Source: Lepidodermella squamata (Eukaryota > Animalia > Gastrotricha). Taken from it: a stretch of 64,000 bases of DNA. This document shows, one piece after another, positions 14,601 to 27,961 of this stretch; the first letter of the stretch is position 1; each line of letters begins with the position of its first letter. The notes below the pieces were generated by a model, which was given only the letters and a program-made list of their open reading frames with translations, had not been told where the DNA came from and did no database searches. Location of the stretch: positions 868,001-932,000 of the forward strand of contig JBLDXI010000028.1 of the NCBI GenBank assembly GCA_047495785.1. Direction: 5' to 3'. The position numbers were made by a program, and so were the translations under genes.

Positions 14601-17600
14601 CCGACCTGCAATGGCACGTTTAATGGGGTCGAGCTGCAGAACGTGACGATAACGCCAAGTAAACTTCGAGGTTTGGCGTTGATTGATCCGGCAACTTATG
14701 GCTCGATCGGAAAATATCCAATTAAATTAACATTGGATAACTTGGTCAGTGACCCAATCACCCTAGGCTCCGAGTTCAACGTCGATTACGCCGTTGTTAA
14801 CCTGACGTGTGATACGAACGCCACAGCTGACCACGGCGCCATATACAATACTACAGGTTAACATTTTATAGAGCGACTTATCGTCTTATAACTTCGTTTT
14901 TTTGTCGCAGTCATCGCTTCCGTCACAATGGCTAATTGCTCACGATGTAATGTGTCCATCGACTTTGGTGCCAATGATGCCCAACCGCGCACATGGTCCA
15001 AGTAAGTATAAAAATAGTAGTTAATTCCAGTGATGCTGTTTTTTTTATCTTTAGCTCCTACGATTTTATCAATGGATACGTGCCTCTGGAAGGCGGAATT
15101 CCTGTTGTGTAAGCAATTCTATCCCATTTGAATTAATCATGTTGTAATAAGCCGAAATGTTGGAAAACAGATACCCATCAGTGGTACGGAACAACAAGCC
15201 GTTCGTCATCACAGTGACAGCTAACAATTTCCTGCCGTATGTGATGACCAGTACCTATGAAATCTACGTTCAACGACTCCCTGTCCGAACCAACTTCAAC
15301 TACACAGTGAGCGATGCGAATGTTATAACATCGAGAGGCCCAGCCGTCGTTGTTTTCCGCTACTACTTCAGCGGCTACACCTTTTACTGGCCTACAAATC
15401 CGTGGATGTTTTTGGACTTCCAGGACGGTTCAAATTATACAGCGCCGTTCGATGCCTCGAAGCTGCCCATTGCAACTGCACTTGTTCCAGAACCAATCGC
15501 TAACCGCGTTATGATGGCAGAAGTACGACATGCGTACACGTCACGTGGCACTTACATCGTTCCAATGGAAATCTACAATAGAGTTGGCCGTATTTCGACT
15601 ACGGTGACAGTGCGTGTCGAGGAGGCTATCGAGGGCATAAGGATCATCCCTCTGAAACGCTATGTAAAACCAGGCGAGGTTGTTGGCTTCAACGTCACTT
15701 GGCTCATCGGCTCAAGTTTCAACTGGCAAGTTTCGATTCCGAATCCTGATAACACAACATCGTGGACGAAAACCTACAATGATACGGTCAAGTACTTCGA
15801 ATGGACCTTCCACGATGTTGGAACGTATTTCATGTCCATCAACGCTTCGAGTGAATTCTACCCGAATGGAACTGGATCTACACTTGCCAAGGATGCGCCT
15901 ATTGTCGTCCAGTACCCTGTCCTTCCTCAATCATTCCGGCTCACGACGCTGCCGGTGCAAGGCAAACTGACATTCAAGGATGTTGATGACGATGTCGGCT
16001 TTTCAAACACAGTTATCCGTTTGTGGAAGAACACAGATCCTAATCTGATCGAGCCGACTTCGCCTTATTTGATAATGAACTATGGCGACAACAGCGATGC
16101 CGTCAACATTTCTTTGATGTGCAACCCTAAGCTGGAAACTGTAGTCGATGGAACCTGGACGCTTTGCAACGAACTCCCATACACCTACAAGAATGCGACA
16201 ACATTTACAATTACAGCCTCAATCGGAAATCTTGTTAACGAATTGCCTTTCTCGGCATATTTCACGGTTTTTGTTGCTGTCACAAATCTTCGTATGGCAG
16301 TTCAATTTTCCTATAACAAAACGCATCCTAAAGATTGGCAGCTTGGCTTCCCTCGCATCAATCCTCTGATTGGCCCCAAAGCTTACTCACAGGTTATCTT
16401 TCTGATATTTTTATATTTCGATTTATTTTTCTATTCGATTTATTTATTTTGATCCAAAGTCATTCTACCCTTCGAGCCATCCACTACGCATTATAGCGGC
16501 TGCGAAGCTTGGTGACGGTTTGCGATACTGCTTCTTTTCTTCGGTCGAAGGTAACCTGACAGACTGTTCGAACGTTCCCGCTGCGCAGGCTACGCCTAAT
16601 AATATCATCCGATATTTCGAATACGACACACCGTGTGGGTCGAGATTGGAGCGATGTGGCGTGACTCTTTACGTCGTCGCTTCGAACCCCGTTGACACAG
16701 CCACAGCCTCTATCGTGATCTACCTTCAAAAACCAGCTATTTCACCAGTTTGTGCAGAGGGTGGGCCAGAAGTTGAAAATGTGAGTAGAAGGAAAATGTT
16801 GGCCTTAACTTGCTGATATTTTAACTTGGATGTTCGAAATGACAGAACACTTTTCCGCTGTGGCTGAAGTACAAACAGTTTGCTACAGATGCCTGCGTTG
16901 AAGTCGATTACGGCACGTCTATGATGCGTAGCGGCAGAAAAACGGCTCTTTTCGGCTCTGAATACATGTAACTCACCAATCTTTTCCACCAATTATCGTA
17001 TTCTTAATTTTCTTATTTTCATCAACAGGTGCGCCGACTCGAAAACTCAAGATGAGATGTCGACCCTCAAACCATTCTCAGCCGATGAAATTGCGTCGAA
17101 TGCGGTAGCTGTTGGAGGAAAATACTATCGTCGAGGAGCCTATGTCGCTCGCATACGGGTTTACAACTTCGTATCGAATATTTCTGCAGCTGAAGTTCCT
17201 GATTTGATGTCTCGTGTCGTAGTAACCCGCGGGCCTTGCTACGCTCCTCAGCTGAGTGTTGAAACCGCGGCGAGCGTGATTTTCCGCAAAGACGAGTTCC
17301 GTTACCCGGCTTACGTCAAGATGAACTGCACCTCGTCGAGATCGATGGTATTGAACCACACCATCCTTTTCCAGGCAGAGGGCACTACAGCTTGGGTGGA
17401 CGTTGGCTTGAAGTACTTCACTAAATCGCAACTCTTCCTGAAACTTGAGGGCTCGAGTTTGAACCCAGTTAAGCAGGATGTTTCATTGACTTTCAAGCCG
17501 ATCACTCTGCTGTACGGATTATACAAATTCCAGATGAGCGTGGACATGCCTGAGGAAATCGGAATGAATGCGACTTATACTTATCAGGTATTATGAAAAA

Positions 17601-20600
17601 AATCCCATGTGGTCTCCTACGTGTAATTTTGAAACAGGTGCAAGTTAATGCCTCTGATTTGATCACCGGTATTTCACCTCCTGGCTCTCGCCGTGACCTG
17701 GTTTATGGCGAGAAAATTCGGTTCAACGGATGGATCAATTCCTATGATCCTGATGTCGCGGAGCCTGAGTTGCAACGTGATGGATTGAAAGTTTACTACT
17801 TCTGCAAGCGTGATTGCGATGGTGACTGGCCAGAGTTGAAAGATGCTCAAATGGCAGATGAATTCATCGCGGATCCCGCTGCGTTCCGAACGAAGTACAA
17901 GTTTTCTTGGCGTCAGGACATCTGTAAGTCTAAGGGCGACAAAAACTTGGAAGCTATCAAGTTCGATTCAAACGGATGCTTCATGAACAACTGGCAAGCC
18001 AACTGTAAGCCCGATTTAGGTATTTCTCAACATTTTTTTTACATTTTTTTATCCAGTGCCTGAGGATCCTCCAACATTCGACTTCCCATCGTTGAATCAG
18101 AAAACATTCTCACGGCATTTGACAAAAGAGCAGTGTGGCGATAACGCGACCGACGCTGGATGTGACATCACTCTGAGCACGATTTCAGACAGTGACAAGG
18201 GCCTAACCATTGACTCGCGATTCCAATTTGAGAACATCACTTACAACCTGATTGCCATCCTCCGCAAGGATAAGCGATTCGCGGTTGTGAGGCAAACTTA
18301 CCGCCTTGAGCTTGGCGCTGCTCCACAGGCCCTTGTCACGTAAGATATTATTTGTTTTCCGATTTGTTTTCTCTAATCCTCCGAAGGCTGTTTCAATACG
18401 ATTTTATTTTATTTGTTATGTTTTTATTGGCAGGTCAAAAACCAACTGTGTCTACCCGAACAAGTATGCCGTGTGGTACAACCCAACATCTCGTGCCTCA
18501 TTCCGCGGCCTGGTCACAGACAGAACTCCAGGTATTCGTTATGCTTTCGCCTGGGAGATTATCAACGTTCCTGAAACTGTAACAATGGCATACGCCATGG
18601 ACAACCTAGATCTAATGAAGGAAAAGTATGCATGGGCGCACGGGGAATGGGTGAACTCGACATCGACGGGCCGCGAGTATGATGATTTATCCATCAATGC
18701 CGATGTTTTCAACAACGAAACATTCCACTACCGAACCTATATCGCATATGTCGAAGTGCGCCGCGGTAACAATCCTCGACCTGGCATCTCCAGTTTGACA
18801 TTCCAGGTGAATTTTTGATTTTGCTATAAGCGAAGTCCCGCTAAGTTTTCCATTTCAGGTCAACAAGCCTCCGAGCTCGAGAAATGTCACCTGCGCGTCT
18901 AACTACGCTATTGGATACGGCATGAATACGTCTTTCTCCTTCAACTGCAGCGGGTTCAAGTCTGACTGGGGAGAAGTGCCAAAATATGTCTTCTCGGCTA
19001 AGGGCTGCCGTTACGAGTGCCCTCTTGTTGTCCTGACGTCAACCATTGGAGCTCCTCGCATCAGTGGACTGAAATTGCCGGCTGGCAAGGCGTCGGAGAA
19101 TTACGAAGTCTCGGTATACCTCGATGCTATCGACAAGTTCGACTCAGTGACCCGGGTCCGTTTCCCAGTCACTGTTTACCCATCAATCGATCTTCCATAC
19201 ATTCGAGACCGAGTTAAAGCTTTCGCGGCATCTGTCGATCTCATGGTGCCTCAGGACATGTAACAGCATGTTTTTGTGAGCTGAATTATCACTATTAATT
19301 AATTTTATTCAGGTGTCAAAATTTCTACACGTTTGCTGATGTGATGAACGACTTCTTCCTCGAGCCGGTCTACACGCCGAATCCATCAACGTACAGTCGC
19401 CTGAGCGATGATGATAAGGAAAAAGAAAACGGTAAGGTTAGAGCTGATCGTGACCGCTACAACGCCCAGCTTTACGAGCTAATGACGGTCCGCACTAATC
19501 TAACAAAATGGATCCTGGATGCCCTGACAACTAAGGGTCTACGCAGTGACGCGAACCAGGTTCGATTTAGCATCAAGGTGAAGTAAAATTCCCACATTGA
19601 GTCTTTATAGGTCAAGTCTTGCTGCTCGGCTTTGACATCGATTCTAGCCACGGCAGAGCAGTCTCAAACAGCTGCAACCATTTCCTACGGCCTCAAGATC
19701 TTTGACATTCTCGCGACCAATCTTACGACCTTGTCAACAAACCCTAACCGTGATGCTGACCAGTTCGATCAAGCCTCGTCAGCCTGTCTTGGAATCGTAG
19801 GGAAAATGGCTTCATCGCTAGAGTCTAACCTAAAAACAATCAGAGCTGGTCCGGATACAGGCGCCTCTGCTTCCGTTGTTAAGGCATTCAATGAAAGGTA
19901 ATATATATTATTTTCAAGTGACAAGATTAAATTGTCGACTCGATACAGGTATGGGTCGCTATCTTTGGCTCAGGCAAATTCTGGTGTTCAGGATATACTG
20001 ACCGAACGAATTTATGGAGTTGTCCTCGGTGGAAAGGTAAAATGAAAACTTGCCAGATTTAAGATTCATCTTATATGATTTATTTCTAGGTCCTTCGCGA
20101 GGCAGCTTCTGTCGTCAGTGGGCCTGGGATGACTGGAAATATTCAGCGCGTTTTCATCAAGGACTTGTATAACACAACAATCCCGACTGGTAGCCCTGAT
20201 GACTGCGGCTGTTTCCGCATAACAGACGCGGCAAAGATCTTCGCAGCTGCGGACCCCAACTACAACGAAAACGACAACGGCACCTCATCAACGGCTGCTG
20301 CTGGCGAATCGTTGTCCGCAATAGATCGTCTGTTGAACATCGACATCAGACTGAAGAGTTCCATGGCAAGCGGGAATCACCTGGCTTTCGACTCGAGCGC
20401 GGATGACTTGAACAGCCAGGTTCAGACTTTGGTCTTCACAAACGCGACGGGATTCGAGATTCCAATAAAAAATCTTGACAAAAGGGGCATTGAGCTTGAT
20501 ATTACTGTCGAATCGAAAAACCCGACCACGCCAGACTCGACGCAATTGACATCGTTGTCAGCCTCGTATCCTCGCCCGATCAAGTCGATGGTCATGAATG

Positions 20601-23600
20601 TCAGCGCTCTTTCGGCACTCTTTATCAACGTAGAGCGATGGCAGCTACCGAACATGTGCGATAGGCAGACTTTGCTTCCCGAGTCAAGTAAGATTCTTAG
20701 AAATTGCATTAGGTCTGTAATAAAATTTCATTTTTTCCAAGTTGCTATGAATGCGACCTGCGCTTGGGCAGCTAACGTGACCACCCTTATTGTTGACAAT
20801 GTCAATTATACCGTGAGTTCAGGTCGATACAGGATTTTGATCCTATTACGAAGCATTTGTTGACAGGTTCCTCAGCTGAATGTGACCAATGAGGAAGTCA
20901 TCTTCTTCGTCTATGCCCGCTTCAATGACACACCGACTGAATTCGACTACGACCTCTCGTGCACGTTGCCACGCTATGCCTTCGAGGAAGATCTTGCAGC
21001 TGCAACCGCTGGAGCTTACACCTACAATATTTATCGCGGTAACTCTAACACGACAACAATCAAGCAATTGGCATCAACAACGGCTAGAACGACAACTGCG
21101 GCTCCAACAACTACTGCCAAGAAGACGACTACTGTAACAACAACGACGACGACTACTACTACCACGAAGCCGAAAACAACGACAACAACTCCAATGCCAG
21201 CTTGCGATTCATTGAAGGTTCGAAACGCTACGTGCTGCTTGGGTAAGATGAAGCAAAACGGGTGCGACGGCGACGTCTTTGTACCAACCACACCGGCTCC
21301 AACACAAATTCCACTGACATCCGCTACTAAGAAGAATTGCTCGAGACCCGAGGAGCCGAGCCGCAATCAATGCTTCTTTGGCCACGATAAAGTTGGCGTT
21401 CTGCGCGATTCGAAGCTGTTCAAGATAGGTATTCGAGCTGTACCGCGGTCTCAAGTGCGGGCTTTCTTGAATGAACTCGCTGCAAATGAAACATACTCCA
21501 AGTCCAAAGTTAATGTCTCGCTCGAATATGCTGTTAACGAGACTATGAAAGCGCTCAGGGCAAAATCCGTGCGAGTGGGTTACAAATACCAAGCGTTCAC
21601 AGCATCCTGCCGTTTCCACGACCCCGTTTCAAACTCCTGGTCTTCAAGTGGTTGTCGAGTCGGCGAGCTGAGTACCCCGAACGGCAACCCATCTCTGACT
21701 CAATGCCTGTGCACTCACTTGACATCTTTCTCGTCGAATTTCGACGTACCTATGAACACCTTCGACCCGCGTGATTCGGCATTTTCGAAGCTTGATCAGA
21801 ACCCTATCTGCTTCACGTTTGGTATTTGCATCTTCTGTATGTTCATCGCCGTGCTGATCTGGGCGCGCCGTCGTGACTTGGAAGATGAACGCAAATGGGG
21901 CACAACTCCATTGGCTGACAACGACCCACGTGACAAATATGCATACGAATTGACAGTTTGGACCGGAAATCGCTCTGGATCTGGTACTAGCGCAAGGGTG
22001 TCTTTCATTATTCGCGGTGACGAAGGCGAAACGCCAGTGCACATGCTTGAAGATGAGGACCGCGATGTGCTGCAACGGGGTGGCATTGACTCCTTCTTGA
22101 TGTTGACCCCACGATCCCTTGGCCGAATCGTCCAACTGAGGTATAAAAATAGCATTTCAATGAACCAATGTTAAACCTTTGTTTGTTTAGAATCTGGCAT
22201 GATAATTCAGGCAAACATCCTAACTGGTACTTCTCGCGAATGCAAGTCCATGATCTGCAGCGAAACCGTCAGTACTTCTTCATGTGCGATCGCTGGTTGG
22301 CCATTGACGAGGATGACGGCATGGTTGAGCGAATTTGTCCCGTTGCCGGTAAAAAAGAACTCACCGGCTTCGAGCATTTGTTCTTCACCAAGTCACGAAG
22401 GAAGCTCACCGATGGTCACATTTGGATTTCGGTATTCTCACGCCCGCCTCTGTCCAAATTCACGCGTTGCCAGCGTCTCACGTGCTGTCTTTCAATTCTG
22501 TACTGTACAATGTTGGCAAATATCATGTTCTTCGGACAGAATCGAGACCCGCCAGGTGCCATCAAAATCGAGTTCGGGCCTATTAGCATGTCGCTGCAGA
22601 AGATGTTTATGAGTGTCGTCTCCGCGCTCGTTGTAATGCCTGTCAACTTGGTGATTGCCCAACTGTTCCGCATGAGTAAGCACAAACCAACAAAGGCCGA
22701 GCTCAAGATGGAGGCTTTGCGGGACAAGGCTCAGAAGACCGCTTTAGCCGAACAACGTAAGATTTCATCTTACTTTTAAGCTCTTTGTTATCATTAATTC
22801 TCTTTGCTATCATTTACCGCAGGTGAAGCTGCTGCTGCGAAAGCATTGGCCATGCCATCAGTATCGGCTGACATCGAAGCTAAACCGACCAAGGCGAAAG
22901 GAGGGAAGAGGAAGAACGCCAAGCCACAGAAGAAACCATTCAAGCTACCTTGGTGGTGTGTTATTGTCGCCTACTGCCTAACAGTCTGTGTAGTTGGCGT
23001 CTGCTTCTGGGCTATCGTCGAATATGGTGGCGCTCTTGGACCTGAAAAGGCTCAGGAATGGGTTGTCGCAATGGTCATATCGCTGTTCACAGACATCTTG
23101 TTCATGCAGCCACTGAAGATCTTAGGTCTAGCTTTGTTCTACGCCCTGGTCATCAAGAGCCCAACAAAGGACGAAGATATGGAGGAGAAGGCTGCTCTCA
23201 AGGACGAAGATGTTTTCACGCACGCTGCTGCCACAGATGCCGAAAAGAAAGCACGCGGCGAACCAGTCAAGTCCGACTACGTATTCTTGCCACCAGATCC
23301 GGAAGAGCTGAAACTCGCCAGAGAGGTCCGTCTTAAGGAGAAGAAGATGTACGCCATCATCAAGGAGATTTCCTTCTATGTTTTCTTCCTGTATCTTTTG
23401 ATGATGATCTCATTCGCGACACAAGACGACTGGCAGATCTGGGCACAGAAGCATGCTCGTAATGTCTATCATGATGGTGCTCTATCAACAGCCGCCTACA
23501 ACGAGTCAGACCCAGCTTCAGTCTTAGCATATGCCACGGGTGGAGTCAACACTGACCCGCATAATGAAACTTTCGGAAATATCGCTGCTCCCTCGGATGT

Positions 23601-25313
23601 ATTTGACTACCTACGCAGGACTCTTGTTCCATCTGTTCTCGACAACAGTTGGTACAACGGCGATTATGAACCCAACTCCGATGTTTTCACCAATGATCAA
23701 GCTACTTATCTTGTTGGATCGCTGCGAATTCGTCAGCTTCGAGTTAAGCCGAATAAGTGCCGTATCGCGGCCGGGGCTCGCAAGATGTACACTCAGCCTT
23801 GCTTGACCGAATACTCGATGCTTGATGAAGATACCCGCAACTTCACTGCTGGATGGGAATTGGCACCTTACAGCAACACCACCTTGAAAAATGGAAAGCA
23901 ATGGACTATTGGTGATTCGAATGGGTTCGCGTACAAATCTCCCATCCAGGATGCCGGCCTGCCATTCGCCGGCCATTTGGCTACCTACAACGGCGGTGGT
24001 TACATTGTTGACCTGGGTCGTGATGTTGGGAAAGCCCTGGAGAAACTGGACTGGCTGGCTGCCAACAAATGGATCGACGCTAGCACACGAGCTATTTTCG
24101 TCGAGTTCAACGTCTATTGCGCGAACAGGAATATCTGGATCATGTCTCAGACTCTCGTCGAGTTCTTCGCCGGCGGTTCGACCGTGTTGTATCCGTACTT
24201 CTACATCACCAAGTTGGATGCTTACTATGGCACGTTCGCCCTTGTGCTGCTCGGATTCCAGCTCGGAACTCTGGCTATGGTTATATTCCTGTTCGCCCGA
24301 GAGGTTAGTTGAGAGCTTCATCCCAGGCCGATGCTTATGATTTTATTTGCATTTTTTCAGGTGAAACTGGCGATCAAGTTCAAGAAAGCTTACTGGGCCG
24401 ACGGATGGGCTGTTCTTGAATTCACCCACTTACTATCATGCATCGTCATGGCCTGTATGTTCGCACTACGGTACGCCATGTCTATGTACTACGTCGGTCA
24501 TAAGTTCAAGAAGAGCGCTGATGCTGGTACATTCATCAACTTCAACATCTTCGTAACCTACGATGAATTGGTACGAGTATTCATGGGCTTCGTTCTGTTT
24601 GTCGCCTTCTTGCGAATGATCCGTCTATTGAGATTCAATCGCCGTCTCGTCATCATGATCGACACCCTGCGCCACGTCAAAGGCATGATGCTGTCATTCT
24701 TTGTCGTGTTCTTCGTAGTCTACCTGGCCTTCGCACAACTCGGCTTCTTGGCCTTCGGCACCCGGAACAGCGGCTACGCCACGTTCATCACGGCTTTGGA
24801 GTCGCTGTTCGGAATGATGCTTGGAGCCTACGACTACGACGGTCTGAAATCAGCAAATCGTTCTATTGGCCCTGTTTTCTTCACCATGTACACGTTGTTC
24901 ATCAACATCTTCTTGGTGAATGCATTCGTCGCCATTCTGATGGTTTCGTACGAAGAGGTTCGGTCGGATGCGACAAAGCAAGGCAACGAGCACGAGATGA
25001 TGGAGTTCATCATGCACAAGTTCAAGGCGATGATCGGTCTAGCGCCGAAACGTGCTACTACGCTTTCGGTGGACAAGCGTTTCGCCTATATCGACGCGGG
25101 TAAGTTCAATGTAAATGTGCCTAGAGCTGTTATAATTGAATGTTCCATGTTTTAGCCATTCACGAGGACGAGGTTGACAGATTCACGTCACGCATGGATG
25201 AGCTTATGACGAAGTTGGACTCGCACCTTGAGAAGACCAAGACGCAGTTCTCGGGCATGTTCGACCAAGGATTCTTGGCTCGCAAGCAGCGCGAGATCTA
25301 CGTCACCGACTAA
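2671..25313 (+). CDS. Giant polycystin-1-like (PKD1/PKD1L/LOV-1 family) receptor-channel, about 40 exons
   Basis: Signal peptide MIAVKAAVILLVSSGLFSGG. The exon junctions I checked join in frame across micro-introns (e.g. NC|HYWVSTP, intron about 2782-2833). Domains: CTL; 5 LamG-like repeats; kringle (CYHSTNGYEYRG..CRNPD..PWCYT); WSC (YVGCY..CGG); about 8 CTLs in total; 2 F5/8C; PAN; PKD repeats (IDFGD, MNYGD); REJ (SYDPD); GPS CLCTHL/TSF (21716-21730); PLAT (YELTVWTG..GTSA..LRIWHDNSG..W); channel domain (YNGGGY..WIDASTRAIFVEF; LGAYDY). Last exon 25156-25313 ends ...EIYVTD*. Confidence 0.92.
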
Positions 25314-25589
25314 TTTTCATTTTTGAGTTTCAACAAACTGCAAATTGACAGTCGAGTGATTATATAGATGACTGATTTAGGCATAAAGACTGATTTATTC
25401 TGTGATACAATATTATGATCCCTTTTATATGTACGTGGCGAAAGCCTATTTTTGCCGACTCTAACCATATCGACGGTGTAATAAATGGCAACACAAAAAA
25501 CCCAAAATGAACTCGCTTATGTGCACCTCAGTAAGCTGGCTTCTCAGATTCTCACCCTGCTTATCAGCCGGATTTTCTAGTGGAATTAG

Positions 25590-25785
25590 CCGGTATGGCG
25601 ATAAAACAGCAATTGCGCAGAATGGCGAATGCGACAAAACAGCACATTTTTTATTTTGCGACAAAACAGCAAAAGCTAACAATGTAAAAGATGCATCGTG
25701 TTTCTGCTGTGATATCACAAGTTTAAAAATTTGCAGTTTTGTCGCATTTGCTGTTTCGTCCGTTTGCTGTTATGACGGTCTGCCA
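25590..25785. repeat. Foldback/MITE-like element with inverted subterminal repeat arrays
   Basis: Three GCGA(C/T)AAAACAGCA copies on the left and reverse-complement copies (GCAGTTTTGTCGC, GCTGTTTCGTC, GCTGTTATGAC) on the right. Confidence 0.55.
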
Positions 25786-25864
25786 GTTAGCCAAGATAAA
25801 AGATAAACAACGACGGTACAATTATTTTAAATATCAGAATAGCCGATGCAAACTCAATTTCTAA

Positions 25865-27181
25865 TTACACAAGCTTATATGCAGTAAGCGATGGCTCTGC
25901 ATCCGAGAGCACGAAAAACATTCCATTATGGTAGGCAAATGAGGCCTGATTCGTGCGAGGATTCAGCGCAGCCAAGTCAATGGTCTCACCGGTTTGTTTG
26001 TCCTTCGCGAGCAGTCCCCAGTTCTGCAGTACGATCACATAATCATTCAGAACCAGCATTGGCGTGATTAGTTCAGCGCCAAGACCAGCCCAGTAACTGC
26101 GAAGGGTTTTCCCCGTTCGCATATCAAAAACTCGCGTCTCTCGACCACGGCATTTCACATAAACAGATGAGCCATCGCTTGATGGAGCGTAAGATCGCGC
26201 TAAGGTTATGTTAAAGGTTCCAGCGGTGTTTTCAGTGCAGTTATCTGCTTGCCATAATATCGCTCCAGTGGTAGAATCAGCAGCAAATAACTGCAGGGCG
26301 CCTGTATCACTGTGCCATTGAGTTCCAATCAGTAAATGGTTATCACCAGGCGGTAATAGAGGCTGCCACTGGTAGCCGGAGAAAGCTGATGGCACCTGTT
26401 TCGTCCAAACCAGCTGCATAGTCGATGGATCGACGCTCGAATAGAATCCAGCCTGAGACCAAAACACTTGGCTTGAGGCATCTGTTGACCCTGCATAGTA
26501 CATGCCAATCGGCGAGGGTTCGATAAAATTTGATGCCGGTAGGCCGTTTCTTACGTCCAGTGAGCGCACTACAGAGTCATTGATGCGAAACAGCACCATA
26601 TCTTCATGCAAAGAATAAAGTGAATATTGTGAAAGATTGATGAGTTATTCCTTACCTAGATCGAGGACAATTGTGTCGCCGTAGATTGCGTACGTCTCGA
26701 TGCTGGGCCGTATTGGGTCACTCAGCCACTGATCAGCGAAGGTTGTCATGTTGATAGCCCAGACGGACACGTTCAAAGTCACAGCATTGACGCTTCGAGA
26801 TACTATTAGCCCTCCCTGCTTTGGATATATCGATGGTTGAGAGAAAGAGTAAGGTGATTTACTACTCAGGTTACGCGTAGCTATCACGTGACCTGATTCC
26901 TCGTCTATGGCGAAGAAGCGGCCCGATTGGCTCAGAATAAGCACTTTGTTGTCGTAAACCAGAGGTTCGAAAAAGCGATCTGTGCTGTTGATTGGAGCGC
27001 CGAGTGGCGCTTTCCACAGCTGTTTGAACGCTAATTTTCCTGCGCCTAAACTCTCGGCTCTTGCATAGGTATGTGCAAAGTCGCCTCCGTTTGTGAGCCA
27101 CCATGCTTGCGCATCAGCCAAGCTTAGCGTTACGCTGAGCAAGAGGATAAGCAGGTTAATAGAGCTCTCCGAGTATGCCAT
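25865..27181 (-). CDS. Secreted PQQ-like/BamB-type beta-propeller protein, 2 exons, 420 aa
   Basis: Signal peptide; N-terminal WLTNGGDFAHT; blade motifs LWKAPLG, FFAIDEESG, WAINMTT..QW, LFAADSTTGAILW, FDMRTGK, AKDKQTGE. A 54-bp GT-AG intron (26602-26655) joins the two ORFs in frame (1263 nt). Confidence 0.8.
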
Positions 27182-27961
27182 GAAGATGGGTGCCGGAATT
27201 TATAACTATGGAAAAGTGCATATAATATTCAACTTGCTTGAACGCAGATAACGTCTTTATCGATAGAAGCTAGGCTTATCTCGTGGTTTTTTATTCTCGC
27301 ATTCCAAAAAAAAAACAGGGGCAACCCAGTGAGACGCATCCTGTTTTATTTACTCCAATTCATCTGATTTAAAAGTTCAAATTGTGAAGTTTTAGGTGTA
27401 TTTTTCATTCGTCGGTTTTCGCCGAATATATACGATATTCCAGCGCATTTAAAACGCGTCACTGGATTTTAAACAGGATTTTAAAACAACCGCACTTTGA
27501 AATTTATGGCAAGTACGTTCGACCCTTGAACGTAAATTCAAATTATGATCAGGCTGAGGAAGTTTGTTTTCAACAATTTCAGCCTCCGGTCGCTGCAGTC
27601 CTTGTTTCTACTCGCACTGCAGTTGGCCAAAAGGTGTGCCCGATGTGCCGGCAGGACTGAGTCGCGCAGTCCGGCACCTCCTGATGCTAGCCGCCTACCC
27701 AAACTGAGTATTTCACATCAATTTCTTTCTCATTTTGTGTGTTCTATGACAACTCTCATTCACGCGTTTTCTCGCATTTTCTACGAAAATTGATAAAAAT
27801 GCCAAATAAACATGCGAATCGATTAACCAAGTGGTTGCTTTATTTACCTTTCATTTAATCGTGATCATTTTCAGATGAGGTGCGAGAGTAAATAATCACC
27901 TCACCTTATAGTCATTTTTCAATTGGAAAAGAGGACAATTTTTTCTGGAGCTGTATTTATC

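Noticed and set aside
23611-24321. 236-aa antisense ORF (likewise 9453-10124, 21644-22135, 50713-51126)
   Set aside because: Shadow ORFs opposite codon-biased exons, with no recognisable motifs.
2623-25155. Reading the many consecutive ORFs as separate genes, an operon or a frameshifted pseudogene
   Set aside because: The breaks I checked coincide with GT-AG micro-introns that restore frame, and domains continue across them.
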